A stretch of 64,000 nucleotides of DNA from Amoebophrya sp. A120 (taxonomy: Eukaryota; Protista; Dinoflagellata): contig CAJINV010000005.1 in the NCBI GenBank assembly GCA_905178155.1, forward strand, positions 6,249,207 through 6,313,206. The letters run 5' to 3'. A program made the position numbers and the translations under genes. The notes beneath the pieces are model-generated. The model was not told where the DNA came from. It saw nothing but the letters and a program-made list of their open reading frames with translations, and ran no database searches. Below, piece after piece: positions 25,401-38,562 of this stretch (positions within the stretch are counted from its first letter, which is position 1; every line of letters starts with the position of its first letter).

Positions 25401-27077
25401 TTTGACGTTCTTTTATTGTTGTAAACGATACATGTATTGCGAAGAGTCGCAAGACAATATAGTTCTGTGATGCATAATTTCAGCGCACGATATGTTGTTC
25501 TATCTGTCAGTACAATCTATACCTCGTAAAGCGTCCTGGGGTCCACTAAAGGGTTCCCGGCGTCCACTATCGCCGCAAAGCTCGGGCGCAATTCCAAGTT
25601 CGTGTGCTGCACGTAGCACCCGAAAAATTCATTCGCGACGGTTTGCAAATCCTGTTCCTCCTGGTATTGGATTACCAAATACGCTTCCGGCTCCCCCTTA
25701 TCCGGGATGGCGCAGTCGAAAGAAGTTGTTCTTGTCGCGTCGTTGTGGTCCGGTGGATTTGGCTGCTGATACTTGTTCTTCGTGGATGAAGTCGTTGCTG
25801 TTGTCCCTGGCGGTGTAGAAGTTATCAGATGAATTTTCGCCGATTCAACGTCGAACCCGAAGGCTTTGAAATATTTCATCCAGGCCGACCCGGGGAACAA
25901 GTCGTATTTCTTGCGTTTTTTGCTCTTTTCCGCGATTTTGTCCGGAATGAACCACCTCCGGGGCCAGGGACCGAGGCGGAGGGCGATTTTTTCCGCCTTG
26001 GACAGCTCGCGGAGACCGGAGACGACCTGTGGGGATTTTGTTTGCGATAGTTGTACAACATGTACAACGGCGGTCTAGTTCTAGAAGAGCGCCTTGTATA
26101 ATGCAAAGAACTGAATACAACTTCTTCTACCCTGGTACTCGTTGAAGATTCATTTCGCCATGCAAGAAGATCAGCTTCATGAATATATCCCGTGCTAAGT
26201 AAGTACTTACCGCTCGTCTCCTCCTGTTGATCTCCTTTTCCGACAGTGTATCCCGGATTTGCGCTACCCGCAACGTGATGATTTTCTTCTCTTCCTTTTC
26301 CTCGGGATTGTCTTTATCATCGGCACTTTCCCCCACTGCCGCTGCACTTTGCTCTTTTGATATTCTCTGGTTATTTACCAAATTTATCAACTGCCCGTCA
26401 CTCGCCGCCCCCTCGATGCTGATTAGATCGAATATCCTCTCCAGCCCGATCGCGTCTTGCAACGCCGATTCCTCGTGTGCGAACAGCACTTTTTTCTCTT
26501 CCAACCGCTTCAAATTTTCTTCGTTTCCGAGAAAATTTATCGACTCCGCCCAGCTGGTCGCTTGGTCGAGGTCGGAGGCGTCGAGATGGGTGGGCGGGAC
26601 CAGCTGTGATAGTTAGTGATCATCGGTTTTATTATGCAAGACAACATTCCGCATGTAGCTGCGCTTGCGCATGATCCAAAAGGAGATGTAATGCAGATCG
26701 AACATTCCGACCCGTAGGTACTGAAACTGGTTGCGGCTCGATGCGGGTTCTTTCAATAACAATTGCAATTTGTATATTACCTTCGTCCTCCACACCATGG
26801 GCCTTAAAATTTTTGGCATGCTGTTTACATCGGTATTCTCTGCGTTTTTCGTGAGCCATCTTGGCTCCGTCGAACTACCGGATGCTGCGGACGTCCCGGC
26901 CAGTGGGCTAGTCTTGGGCGAAGACTGCGGAACTGCAGAGGACCCAGTGGTCTTTGGCGAAGACATCGGGACCGTGGGAAGAAGTGCAGGTGCTGCACCA
27001 CCTTTGGGACTTGTTGTCGCAGGTGCCGCAGCAGCAGTCGCTGTTGAATCGATTTCCATTGGGACGGGGTCGGACAT
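22401..27077 (-). CDS. Large hypothetical protein with a low-complexity C-terminus; weak resemblance to AKAP17A/XE7-type splicing factors
   Basis: ATG at 27077. GT-AG introns 26604-26780 (CTAAC branch-like), 26075-26210, 25389-25522 and 24563-24767, plus introners at 25056 and 22943, give one open frame ending NLLLGI*. Confidence 0.7.
22943..23140. mobile_element. Introner family I (TIR TATGARRGTGCACAACTCCC)
   Basis: DR gatgt/gatat; single copy in the window. Confidence 0.85.
25056..25323. mobile_element. Introner family D1
   Basis: DR aggtg/aggtg. Confidence 0.9.
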
Positions 27078-28286
27078 TTTCCCGGACTTTTTAGTTGTGG
27101 GAAAATGAGAAAAACGTTGAGGTTAGCCCCTCGGCCTTGCTGTCCAGCTTACTCCTGAAGATTTTTCAGTGGCGTCGGCAAGATCGGCAAATCACTCACA
27201 GCACCACCACGACGACCTCCTCGATGCGGCCTGTCTGTGCCTGCGAATTAATTGCAGTCTAGTACCAAGACTGGAAATACTTAAACAAAATCCCTGTGGT
27301 TTCGTAATGCAGGTGGTGTTAAGAAAAATTCAAATCTCGGGTCGTCTATTGCATGATCAAGCCTTCTGGAGGATCTTGAACTTCTACAAGGGCCGTGAGT
27401 CGTGCCTAGGTAGACAAAACAAGTTGTTGGCTAGTAGCGAAGTCCGCTTTGAAAGCCGAAGCTGTCAGATAGAAGAACGAAGGCCCTCTTCCTTTTGCTT
27501 CTGGAGTATATCAGGAGGTACAGATTTCTATGTCGCTAGAAAAAAGTAAGTAAGGTAGACAACAAACTAGGGCTAGAAGTACAGGTCGCTTCATGTAGCT
27601 TTGAAAATGCGTTGTGTGTTCACGTACAGACAGACCTACCTAATTTCTTCTTGTCGTCGATGAAACTACTGACTGTCTTTTTTTGAAGAGTTGCGGGCAT
27701 ATGATTATCTTAATACCGGGATCTTGTTCAAGTGCAACCATGCGAACCACATCTTCTTCACCGGCACGGATCGATTTTTGAATCGTACTCAACATGATTT
27801 TTCAAAACGTAGAGAACAATGAAGAGCAACAGCTAGGAGTGAGCTGGGAAGTGAATTTGGAAAATTTTTTGTATCTTCGCTTGTTTGTCTTCTGGTAAAC
27901 AATTGCTTCGATCTGCTCGTCCGGTCGTGCTGACGCAAGCTGCAGTCTATCTGCAATTATGGCAAAAGAAAATTTTCTTGTCTCTGGTCTGTGTTCTCGA
28001 GTGCTGTCGCTTTTCTTATAGAAAATTTCATTAATTGTAGCATCTAGATCTACTTTGCCTTCCTCTTGCTGAGAGGTCGAGAGATTTTCAAAAGAAAGCT
28101 CAGTGTCCGGTCTCTACGTGGTCTTTAGATTTTCTTTACTTGAGCATGTTGTTTTGCACGCTTTCTGAGGCTACAAAGGATCCGTAGTTATAATTGGGAA
28201 CTTTAGCTTATCTCGCCTCTACTTTTTTTTCCGAATCATTAACAGCAAAATTCCTTCGTATTTCGACATAGACGTCATCAGAAGAT

Positions 28287-29936
28287 TCATACAAAGTTGT
28301 ATTCGACACGACTCCTGGCCGAATCGTGACGGTATAATTCTCCTGGCGGTTCTGCTTCTCCGCGAGAGGCGATGAATAAACTACGCGAGCTAATGCTTTT
28401 CGCAAAAAGATCCTTTCTTCTTTTTATTCGACCTCTACGAAAATGAAAAGGAGCGATGATGCTATTTGAATCGCTAGATTTGCGTTTGATGTCAAGTGGT
28501 TCCTGTTCCTGGTGTTTAGTTTTCGTAGCGCGAGTTGCGTCACAACTAGTTGTAAGCTTACTAGCATCTGCAGTGCTCTTTGATACCATTACGAGAGAGC
28601 TATCAGTACTACAACTACTAGGTTCATGCACCCCACCATAATTCCTGCTCTGTCGCCCCGATTCGTCTGCTTCTGCTTCATCAGATTCAGATGCTGCTTC
28701 ATCGTCTTCATCTCCAGCCAACAGGAACCGCGAAGCTAACACTACTTCCTGATCCACTGAAGCGTGCTCCGACCCAAAACCGCTCAGCGTCACCCGCCAA
28801 TCATCGATATCCCAACACTGGTAGGAACAACACACCTGCCGACTATCGTGGTGAAAACTTCTTGGCCCAAGAGAAAGGGAAGTTTGTGTTGCACTTGCAG
28901 CTACTGCATGCACATGCACTTGCACCTACCTACTAAAGGAGGAGGAGTTATTTCTTTATACAGCGCATGTTTCGGGGGGCGACCCAAGGCATGCATCCAT
29001 ACAGAATTCGTGTACTGTCTACGCTCTGTGCAACACAAACTTCACCCGATGAACTTCTTGACCCAAACTCTTTCACTTCCCTAGCTCCGCACCTGTTTGT
29101 ACGCCGGATCGCCGCCGAACGTCGGCCCCCGATGTGCCGACCAGGGGAAAGAAATCAAATCCTTGAATTTGCAGTTGTGCTTGTACTTCGTCCGAAACCA
29201 CAGCAACCCGAACAGACCGCACCACCCCTGACAGTGCGCTACCTCGTCGCCGAACTTCGTGAGTTATGAACTGCAAAAATGTCTGGGTCGGGAAGATTCC
29301 GAGATTTGTCATGCAGTTTGTCCAAGTTCCACCACGTCTGGAGTGCAGGGCCTAGCATCACAGGCTCTGCAGCCCCTTGGTGATGCCTATACTGCATGAA
29401 AAATGCCCTCTCAGCATGGCCAGAAGTGGGCACCTTAATCTTTTGCACGTTATGCATCACAGATCTTTGTAGGATCCGAAACACACATCACAAGTTCGCA
29501 TCCTTCCAGACCCAGACATTTTTGCATTTGATATCAGTTTGCAGTTCACAAACTCCCCCTGACTCGTGCACAGGGCCTTTTTCGCCGCCCGCATCACCGT
29601 GGCGTACAGACGTGGGACGCCGATAATCGATCCGAGGTTCTTGAAACTGGTTTTGATGGGTTTATGATAGTTATGTTGGCCGTGCTTGCGTTGTAGTTGA
29701 GGCAGGAGCGCCGGCGGGTGCACTTGTGTAGTTCTTGTTGGTGACGTACTACTAGATGATGCGCCGCTCGTGGCGAGAAAAGAAGTTGCGGATGAGCTTC
29801 CGCACTGTGACCGCCCGGCCAAGGGAGCTAGTGGTCGATTGAGAAAATCCTGTAGTGCAGAAAGAACATCATGGCGGCTTAGAAGAGTCGTGCTGGTCAG
29901 AGAAGCACTACCGCCGGATAAGGATGCTGTCATCAT
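28287..29936 (-). CDS. Hypothetical protein; ends uncertain
   Basis: Frame restored across 29265-29533 (FVNCKL|TKFGDEVAHCQGWCG); probable GT intron about 28930-29090. Confidence 0.5.
29265..29533. mobile_element. Introner family D1
   Basis: DR tgagt/tcagt. Confidence 0.88.
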
Positions 29937-30241
29937 CTTTGCGATCCGTAATACCCTTCACGACCGGTTTCTCGTTCCCTGATCCGAAGATGCAGTTGTT
30001 CTAATTAGTCTCTGGAGAGGTCCTCGTAAAAATAGCACGAAGTTGAATGAGTGACAGTGGCTTTCAAGCATGCCGCGGCGACGAAATCTGTCCGAATCAG
30101 TATGACGAACGGATGATCGCGCTGTCTCGCGCTCCACTTTTTGTGCGGTCGAGGTCGGCTCCGACAACTCACTCTCATCTCATCCTCATCGGTCGTGTTG
30201 TTACGAAAACCGATAATCGAAAACAAGCTGTGACAACAGTG

Positions 30242-33200
30242 CTATACTGAGCAAGAAGTGCCTGATGTGGACGGATCGTTATTGTCATCATCATGTTGTG
30301 GCTCTGGGTCGATGTCGACCTCTACCTCGTTCGCTTCACAGCTCGCATCGAAAGTTGAAGAAGATGTTGACGTAGTAGAGGCGGCACTGTATTTTCCTTC
30401 ATCGCCGCGTTCGTCTTCATCTTCCGCACAGGCATTTTCTTGTTCCACCAAAGAAAGCGCACTCGTATCAATACTTTCCTCCAGCTCCAGCCTCATCTCG
30501 AGCAGTTTCAAAATTTTCGCAGCGCAATTCTTCCGGATTCTTTTCGCCTTTCGCAAATCTTCCTCCGAAAACACACGGCTTGATGATGATGTGGCGGTTG
30601 CGCCGGTGAAGATTTTTATTCCCATCCCCTGGTCATCAGCACTGCTGGTGTGTTCATCTGTTGCTCCCGTGTAGATGAAGTTTCGTTCAAAATGGTTCGC
30701 TAGCCAGAGGTACAAATCACAAATTTTGTGACAGCTCTCCAGTCGCAGAACGTCCTGGATAGAAAAATGGCGGTTTTTTCCACTGGAGGACATGCTCAAC
30801 ATCTCCGCTTCGTTTTCCACTTGATGTAGTGCTGTCCCCTGCTGCTCTCCTGCATCAGTTCTGCTAACTTCGGCCCCGTTGCTCGTCCCATAGTTCATCT
30901 GCAGTGGCGTTTCCGGCCGGTGTCCATCGGCGTGATCAGCTTTGAGGATCGTGCTGCAGCTTTCTTGTTCTAGAATGGCAGCACCACCGGCAGTCGTAGC
31001 TTCAGAAGAAGGAGTTGTGTTGCTATCATCGTCCACCCCAGCATGATCATCAAGATGCAGCCTTACATTGTCCAAACTAATCCTCCTCCGGTTGCTCAAA
31101 ACGTATCCTGTGCAAAAGTATCGCATTCGTAGTAATTGCAATCATGCATTACAAGTTTTTTTCTAAAGGTGAATCCGCATTACAGATTTTATTTCTCATG
31201 CTGAGGAAATTTGTAATGCATTTATACGAGTTGTACGATAGATACTTTTGCAATGCATAAAACGTACTCCCGGACGAAGGTCTTCAAAGCGCTCAAAACC
31301 TCAATCTCCTCCGGCTCCACATTCGGGGCGGAGGCGAAGAGAAACAACTCCCGGATGGTTAGCAAGTGGATCTTCATGCCGGTGGAGGTGCAGGAGTCAG
31401 AGTCTGGGGTGTTTGTCATGTTGTTTCCAGATGAGTTTGAATAAAACGCGTCCAGGTCGGTGAGGCGGCAAATCTGTATCATTTGCTGCAAGTTTTGCAG
31501 CTGGAAGTAATCATCCGTGGTTGCGTGGTGTTGGAACATTTGTAGCAAGTCGGAGAATTTGAGCTCTTTGTCGTGGTGACCAGTGACCGAGATCTCTCGT
31601 TCGAATTTTTCCAGCATCTGCACCTCCATCGGGATCGTGAAGACAGGGAGAGCTGCACCAGAAGTTTCCTGGTTTTGCTCTGCAACTTGGTCTTCTTGCC
31701 CTTGGCCTTGCGTAACTACGGCAGCCGACTTCGTCCTTGTGTCGCTACTTGAAGAAGAAGTCGCGAGACATTTCCGCAGGTACCGTAAATCCTCTGGCAC
31801 AAACGCGCCCACCCGGCCGCTGCTGGTTGATGCAGCAAGAACACTTTGATGCGCTCCTCCCGCTTCACATGTAGTTGCGGCGCGCGGTAACGACACCCCT
31901 CTCCCTATCCTATGTAAAAACGTCCCCACACCATAGTTGTATTGCAAATCTGCATGCTGAAGTTGTTTCTCATGCGGAGCCCCATGAGAAGCATTTTCCA
32001 GTCGTGTTTTGCAATTTGTCATGCTCCAATCAGCATGATATACTAGGTCTGTGATGCTGCTGAGCTAGCTCAAACAGCACTACGCTACGAGTCCAAATCT
32101 GTCATGCAAGACAGCCAAAACATGTGGATTTGTCTAGCCAATCCGCCATCTTGACTATGGGGTGGGGACGTTTTTACATAGGATACTCCCCGCCCTCCCC
32201 GCGATCTGCCTAACCTCGTCCTCCGACAGCTTTCTCCTCTTATTCCCGTCGAATTTTGACGTTGCAGAGAACAAAATCCGTTTGATCCTCAGATTCACCC
32301 CGAGCCCGATACAATCAGTTGCGATGAGGACAGGAATTTTCATGTTGTGTTGTTCTTGCGATGATGTAGCAGCACGAGCAGCAGAACGACAACCAGGTTT
32401 CGGTTCTTGTGTCGCATTTTTACCTAGGACTTTCGCTGTGTAAAACTCCGCACAAATTTCGTTGAATTTCTGCACCTGCTTCTGACGCACTTCGGGCGGA
32501 AGCGTCCCGTACAGAACGATAGGGTTGTACTTCGTCGTTTCTTCTTGTAGCTGTTGGCCTTGATCCTCAAGAAGGCCCGCACCGCAGCTACTCGCTTTAC
32601 TAGAAGAAGAGCAAGAATTCTGTTCCAATTCGTGTTTCAATCTGAACACTTCCTTCCTCGAAAAGGCGATGATGCAGTCCCCGGGAAGAATCTCCCTGCA
32701 AGGCTTTCCCTCCACGTGTAATGGGCCGTTTAACCGCTCGTACTTGCGGGATTGGATGTAGTTTTGATCCATGGGTGGAATAAATGGCAAGCATGTTGTT
32801 GACAAACTGTAGTCCCCTGCTCGTCGAACGAGCAACAGTTTTTCCATGATGTGATGCAGCAATCTCTTCTCCACTTTCTCGTCCGGACTCAGAAAGCCGC
32901 ACAGGTGGACTTTCTGTTGCAGGTTGGTCTGCATGTAGTTTGTCGACATTGATGTTCCAGCAGGAGCAAAAGAAACATCGGAGGCTGCGGCTCCAGAAGA
33001 AGTAGTTTTCGTGGTGAAACAGGTCATCAGGGCTTTGAGATACCCTGGGCCTCTCACGGGGTCGAAAAGTAGTTGAAATTCGTCGAGGATGATGTTGATG
33101 TTCATGATGCTGTGCTGTTTGCCTTTGTCATGCGAAACACCATCGGAAGTAGTAGAAGAAACAATCGTCTCGAAGAAACTGGGAAACATCTCCGTTGTGC

Positions 33201-34296
33201 AGGCAATGAACCTGCTAGAAGTCTTAGTTGCTGTTTTGTCTTCGACGTTCTTGTCGTCCGATGAACTTGTATCACATGCGACCACCTCGGTTTCTTGTCC
33301 CGTCCGCAGTTCAATGGTGGAGAAGAAGTCACGGGTTTTCATTTTCATCTCGTTGAATTTTTCAAACGCCAGAATCCGCAAAGGTGCGCAGTAAACCACG
33401 ATAGAAGAAGATGAAGCACTGTGATCAACATGGAAGCGGCCTGCAGGAGGGGAAGTGATGTTTGTCATGCACTCCTGCAACGCGGAGTGTGTCTTCCCGC
33501 TGTTCGTCGCGCCGAGGTGGAAGCAGAAGCGGGTTTCTTGGTTGATTTGTCCCGCGTTCTTTCTTGCACTTCTCCCCTGATCATGTGCTGACGGTATAAC
33601 TTTTGCAGGTAAAACCTTCTCCTTCACGTAGTCGCGCAGATTGGTGGCGATGTGCGATTGATGATGTTCATCAACATGAGCGTCTATTCCATTGTGCTGG
33701 CCCACACCGCCTTGGCTTTCCTTCCCACCAGAGCGATGGGGGCTTCTATGCCGTTGGTACTCCGAACTGTTCAAGAAGTGCTGGTACAGAAGCCGGAGGA
33801 TTTTCAAGATGTTTCCATTGCCCTTCGCTGCAGCGGCATTGCTTTTCGTAGTCGCTGCAAAAGAACCTGCTGCAGCCGTATTGTAGTCCACCAGCGAGGT
33901 ATTTATTTCAAATTGCGCTTCGTCCTCGCAAAGCACTGAACTCGTGACTTTGTGAAACACATCAGGAAACCGGGTTTGGCAGAAGGTGGCGAAGGCGGTG
34001 CTGGTGGAACTGTCGTCTGAAAAGGATTTTTCAACATCCTGCACGAGTTCATGATGGCGGAAAAACTGGAGAAACATGTGCCGGTCGTAAATTGCTTGTT
34101 GGACAGCTGCATCGTCGGAAGCAGAACATGAGGACCGGGTTGATGTGCCGGCCGCTGCAGTATTAAAAAGCCGCGTGACAATTTTTGTCGGGCAGGAAGA
34201 TTCCTCGCGGCGGCCTCTATCGAAGGTTTGTCGCTTCTGGCACGACCGTGTCAACCGCCGCGGCAGAAGTGGTCGCAGCAGCCGAGCTGTGTTCAT
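30242..34296 (-). CDS. SUV3: SUV3-like ATP-dependent RNA helicase (mitochondrial degradosome type)
   Basis: Motifs HLGATNSGKT, YCAPLRILAFE, ACTTEM, LDEFQL, GDCIIAFSRK, YGTLPPEVR, VLIATDCIGLGVNL, KFDG, QIAGRAG|R; Arg-rich N-terminus; 2 introners. Confidence 0.92.
31104..31259. mobile_element. Introner family A
   Basis: DR aaacg/aaacg. Confidence 0.9.
31906..32185. mobile_element. Introner family G
   Basis: Perfect 24-bp TIR, DR ctccc/ctccc; splits helicase motif VI (AGRAG|R). Confidence 0.92.
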
Positions 34297-35124
34297 CCTA
34301 ATGCAAAGTTTCGTCACTTCCGCAGCGCATCAAGGTCATGCACAGAAAAATCCGTTCTGCGTTCCGGGAGACTAAGTCAAAAATTCTAGTATGGATCTTG
34401 AACAAATTTCTCAAAAAGTGTACGGTAAAATTGAGATCTTTGCGTCATTTTTTTTTCAAGCTCGTTGCACACAAGAAATAGGTGAACGTGAGGACCACAT
34501 AAAATGAGGAACGGATGGACTTTCGTGTGACTGTGAGATAGCTTGTAACATTAAATCAGAACAGCAAGACCGATGGTCCTCGTTGAGTTCTTTTATTTCC
34601 GCCGAGCGAGGCCACTCTCTCGGGTTTCTTGCGGTACTGCTCAAGCCCGACTTCTTGCTGCATGCTGTTTGGGACGTAACATCTGTTCAACAAGCACATC
34701 AGGTTTACTTTTTTACATGTGCAACATCAAGCGCCACCAGATCAATCTTCAGATCCAAGTACTCATAGTAGTCCGCCAAGTTGTGTTGGCAGTGTGCTCA
34801 AGAAGGTAAAAATGCTGTAAAAGTTTCCGCGTCTGTACATAGCTCTATTCAAAATGTCAGTCAATTTTCGCGTCTTAACAAGCTCTACTGTGCAATTCTG
34901 ATGTACCTCTGCGTCTTATCGAAACAATTGTTCAATCTCACTTTGCATCTGCTGTAGCACAGGCACAGCAGTTACATTGCAGCTCATAAAACAAACTGTG
35001 CGTGCCATTTTCTGTTGTTTTTTATTGCTTCAGTAAAATGGATCTGCTATCTTTCTCTTGCGTCAGCGTCAAACGAATTATCACTTCGAGTCTGTATCTA
35101 AATGTGATGTTTTCTTTTCTCAGT

Positions 35125-36274
35125 TCAATCCTTTTTTCGATTCAGTAACAATACGGTCGCATATGAATAAGTAAACTTCTCGCTCGTCTCGTTCCTTTGC
35201 GTCTCTGCCCCGCCCCGTTTTCTTGGACTCCTCCGCACCAAGACCACCTCATCCCCGCTGACTCGCGGCAATTGCGCTGTTATAGAACCCATGCAATTTT
35301 TCAATCGGTTTCCGCCCCTGCTCGTCCTCGACTGTCGGGTCCGCCTTGTAGTCCAACAATAACTGCGCGAAGTGCCCAAAGCCGGAGGCACAGACGAGAT
35401 GGAGCGGGCGGAGTTCTTATCCACAGGAAGTTTCCCGTACACGTACAAATGCGGTCTCTGCATGGCAAAACTTGGCTTCGATCCTAGTTTAGCATGACAA
35501 GTTTCAAACGCCGAATTGGGGAAATTTGTGATGCATCTTGTACATGTTGTACGGGAAATTTGTATTGCATAGTTCGATCGGAAACACGCCTTCCAGGTTG
35601 ACGTCGACAAGTTTCGTGGCGCCAGAGGTGTCCGCTACCTTATCCGGAGCATCCAGCAGGACCTTTGACAATGTTGTTTTCACAAATAGCTGGCGCAGTG
35701 AAACGTGCGGGCTCTTCTTTTTGTTGGTCTTGTATCACAACATCGGGATCATGATCGGGGATGCAATCTCTTATGCTGGAACAGGAAAAAAAGCGAAACA
35801 TGATCAAGCCACGATCTTCTTACTTACATCAATCCCATCATAGAAATTACTGCACCTTGGCCAGCCGCATCCTGTTTGCGTGCGCCGCAGCGATAAAGGT
35901 TCCCCGCAGGCACCGGGATATCAAATGCGAGGGGTAGACTTGCACGGTGTGGTCTTCTAGCCGGTCCGGGGATTTCGCGGAAAAGGCAACCTTCTCTATG
36001 TTCACGGCCTGGGACAACCGCAAAAACTCCTGGATCACCCTGATCGCCAAAATTTCGCTCATTTCGTTAAACCGGGAAGGCACCACAGGCACGGGCCACG
36101 GGGTTTCCTCGCGCAGAGCTCGTCTGGTCTGCAATAGCTGGAGAAAAACATCCGCCCGGGGCTGGCTGGAGTTCGCGACGCGCTTCGGACCGTCCTCAGG
36201 GTAAGCGGGCTGGTTCTCGACCCGGCCTGGTCGTTTAGGTTTGATTTGATACGTCGAGTAGGAATAACTTTGAG
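35125..36274 (-). CDS. Coding exons of unknown function; possibly the 3' part of the ankyrin gene
   Basis: Open frame 36274-35855 after the acceptor-like TTTAATCAG; further exons around the introner at 35418. Confidence 0.45.
35418..35571. mobile_element. Introner family C (opposite orientation to 1061)
   Basis: DR gttct/gttcg. Confidence 0.85.
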
Positions 36275-36325
36275 CTGATTAAAGCTCGAGGTAAATGGTA
36301 AGGGGGAGAGCGCACTGGGAGAGAA

Positions 36326-37070
36326 TCCTGACTTTTGTGTCGTCCGCTACGCAGAGCTAGCGGACACAAAAGTTCCAAAATCCAAACTTTTGTGTCCGCT
36401 AGCTAGAGCTAGCGGACACAAAAATTCCAAAATTCAGACTTTTGTGTCCGCTACGTAGAGCTAGCGGACACAAAAATTCCAAAACTCAGACTTTTGTGTC
36501 CGCTACGTAGAGCTAGCGGACACAAAAGTTCCAACATTCTGACTTTTCGAGGTAGGGGAATCCGCGAATTTTCAAAATTTTATTTTTATTGCAACGAAAA
36601 TTCCAAAGTCCTGACTTTTGTGTCCGCTAGCTAGGGCTAGCGGACACAAAAGTTTCAAAGTCCCAACTTTTGTGTCCGCTAGCTAGAGCTAGCGGACACA
36701 AAAGCTCCAAAATCCCAACTTTTGTGTCCGCTAGCTAGAGCTAGCGGACACAAAAGCTACGAAATCCAGACTTTTGTGTCCGCTAGCTAGAGCTAGCGGA
36801 CACAAAAGTTCCAAGATCCCAACTTTTGTGTCCGCTAGCTAGGGCCAGCGGAGACAAAAGTTCCAACATTCTGACTTTTCGAGGTAGGGGAATCCGCGAA
36901 TTTTCAAAATTTTATTTCTATTGCAACGAAAATTCCAAAGTCCTGACTTTTGTGTCCGCTAGCTAGGGCTAGCGGACACAAAAGTTTCAAAATCCCAACT
37001 TTTGTGTCCGCTAGCTAGAGCTAGCGGACACAAAAGTCAGGACTTTGGAATTTTCGTTGCAATAAAAGTT
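36326..37070. repeat. Array of 11 palindromes (CTTTTGTGTCCGCTAGCTAGAGCTAGCGGACACAAAAG), 52-bp period
   Basis: Copies start at about 36332, 36387, 36439, 36491, 36615, 36667, 36719, 36771, 36823, 36947 and 36999; a duplicated AT-rich linker occurs twice. Confidence 0.92.
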
Positions 37071-38365
37071 CACTCTGCCCGAGCGGAGAGTGACGGCCAA
37101 GAGTGATGGCCAAGAGTGATGGCCAACTGTCCTGGCCATCACTCCTCCCGCCCGGAAAGTGATGGCCAAGAGTGATGGCCAGGAGTGATGGCCAAGTGCC
37201 CTGGCCATCACTCTTGGCCATCACTCTGCCCGAGCGGAGAGTGATGGCCAAGAGTGATGGCCAAGAGTGATGGCCAACTGTCCTGGCCATCACTCCTCCC
37301 GCCCGGAAAGTGATGGCCAAGAGTGATGGCCAGGAGTGATGGCCAAGTGCCCTGGCCATCACTCTTGGCCATCACTCTGCCCGAGCGGAGAGTGATGGCC
37401 AAGAGTGATGGCCAAGAGTGATGGCCAACTGTCCTGGCCATCACTCCTCCCGCCCGGAAAGTGATGGCCAAGAGTGATGGCCAGGAGTGATGGCCAAGTG
37501 CCCTGGCCATCACTCTTGGCCATCACTCTGCCCGAGCGGAGAGTGATGGCCAAGAGTGATGGCCAAGAGTGATGGCCAACTGTCCTGGCCATCACTCCTC
37601 CCGCCCGGAAAGTGATGGCCAAGAGTGATGGCCAGGAGTGATGGCCAAGTGCCCTGGCCATCACTCTTGGCCATCACTCTGCCCGAGCGGAGAGTGATGG
37701 CCAAGAGTGATGGCCAAGAGTGATGGCCAACTGTCCTGGCCATCACTCCTCCCGCCCGGAGAGTGATGGCCAAGAGTGATGGCCAAGTGCCCTGGCCATC
37801 ACTCTTGGCCATCACTCTGCCCGAGCGGAGAGTGATGGCCAAGAGTGATGGCCAAGAGTGATGGCCAACTGTCCTGGCCATCACTCCTCCCGCCCGGAAA
37901 GTGATGGCCAAGAGTGATGGCCAGGAGTGATGGCCAAGTGCCCTGGCCATCACTCTTGGCCATCACTCTGCCCGAGCGGAGAGTGATGGCCAAGAGTGAT
38001 GGCCAAGAGTGATGGCCAACTGTCCTGGCCATCACTCCTCCCGCCCGGAAAGTGATGGCCAAGAGTGATGGCCAGGAGTGATGGCCAAGTGCCCTGGCCG
38101 TCACTCTTGGCCATCACTCTGCCCGAGCGGAGAGTGATGGCCAAGAGTGATGGCCAAGAGTGATGGCCAACTGTCCTGGCCATCACTCCTCCCGCCCGGA
38201 AAGTGGTGGCCAAGAGTGATGGCCAAGTGCCCTGGCCATCACTCTTGGCCACCACTCTGCCCGAGCGGAGAGTGATGGCCAAGAGTGATGGCCAAGTGTC
38301 CTGGCCATCACTCTTCCCGCCCGGAAAGTGATGGCCAGGAGTGATGGCCAAGTGCCCTGGCCATC
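37071..38365. repeat. Tandem satellite, about 9 units of 151 bp (two of 138 bp), built from 13-bp GAGTGATGGCCAA subunits in both orientations
   Basis: Units start at 37071, 37222, 37373, 37524, 37675, 37813, 37964, 38115 and 38253. Confidence 0.95.
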
Positions 38366-38562
38366 GACGATTTGGCAGCAGGCTATGCTGACGATTTGGA
38401 AGCCCAGAACGCGGCTTTTGCTCCATGTGTCCGGTGGAGATGAACGTGGAGGTCTGTTACTTCTCAACGTGGCGGACTGCTCACACGGACACGACGGAGG
38501 CACAAAAACACAAACTAGTTTGCATTTCCATTTTCTTTTTCAACACCCCAAAAACAAGTACA

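Noticed and set aside
36326-37070. CRISPR array
   Set aside because: Linkers are only about 14 bp and similar to each other rather than unique spacers; there are no cas genes and the context is eukaryotic
37011-38503. Repetitive ORFs (MMARALGHHSWPSLLAIT...)
   Set aside because: These are translations of the 151-bp satellite; the unit length is not a multiple of 3 and they use non-ATG starts
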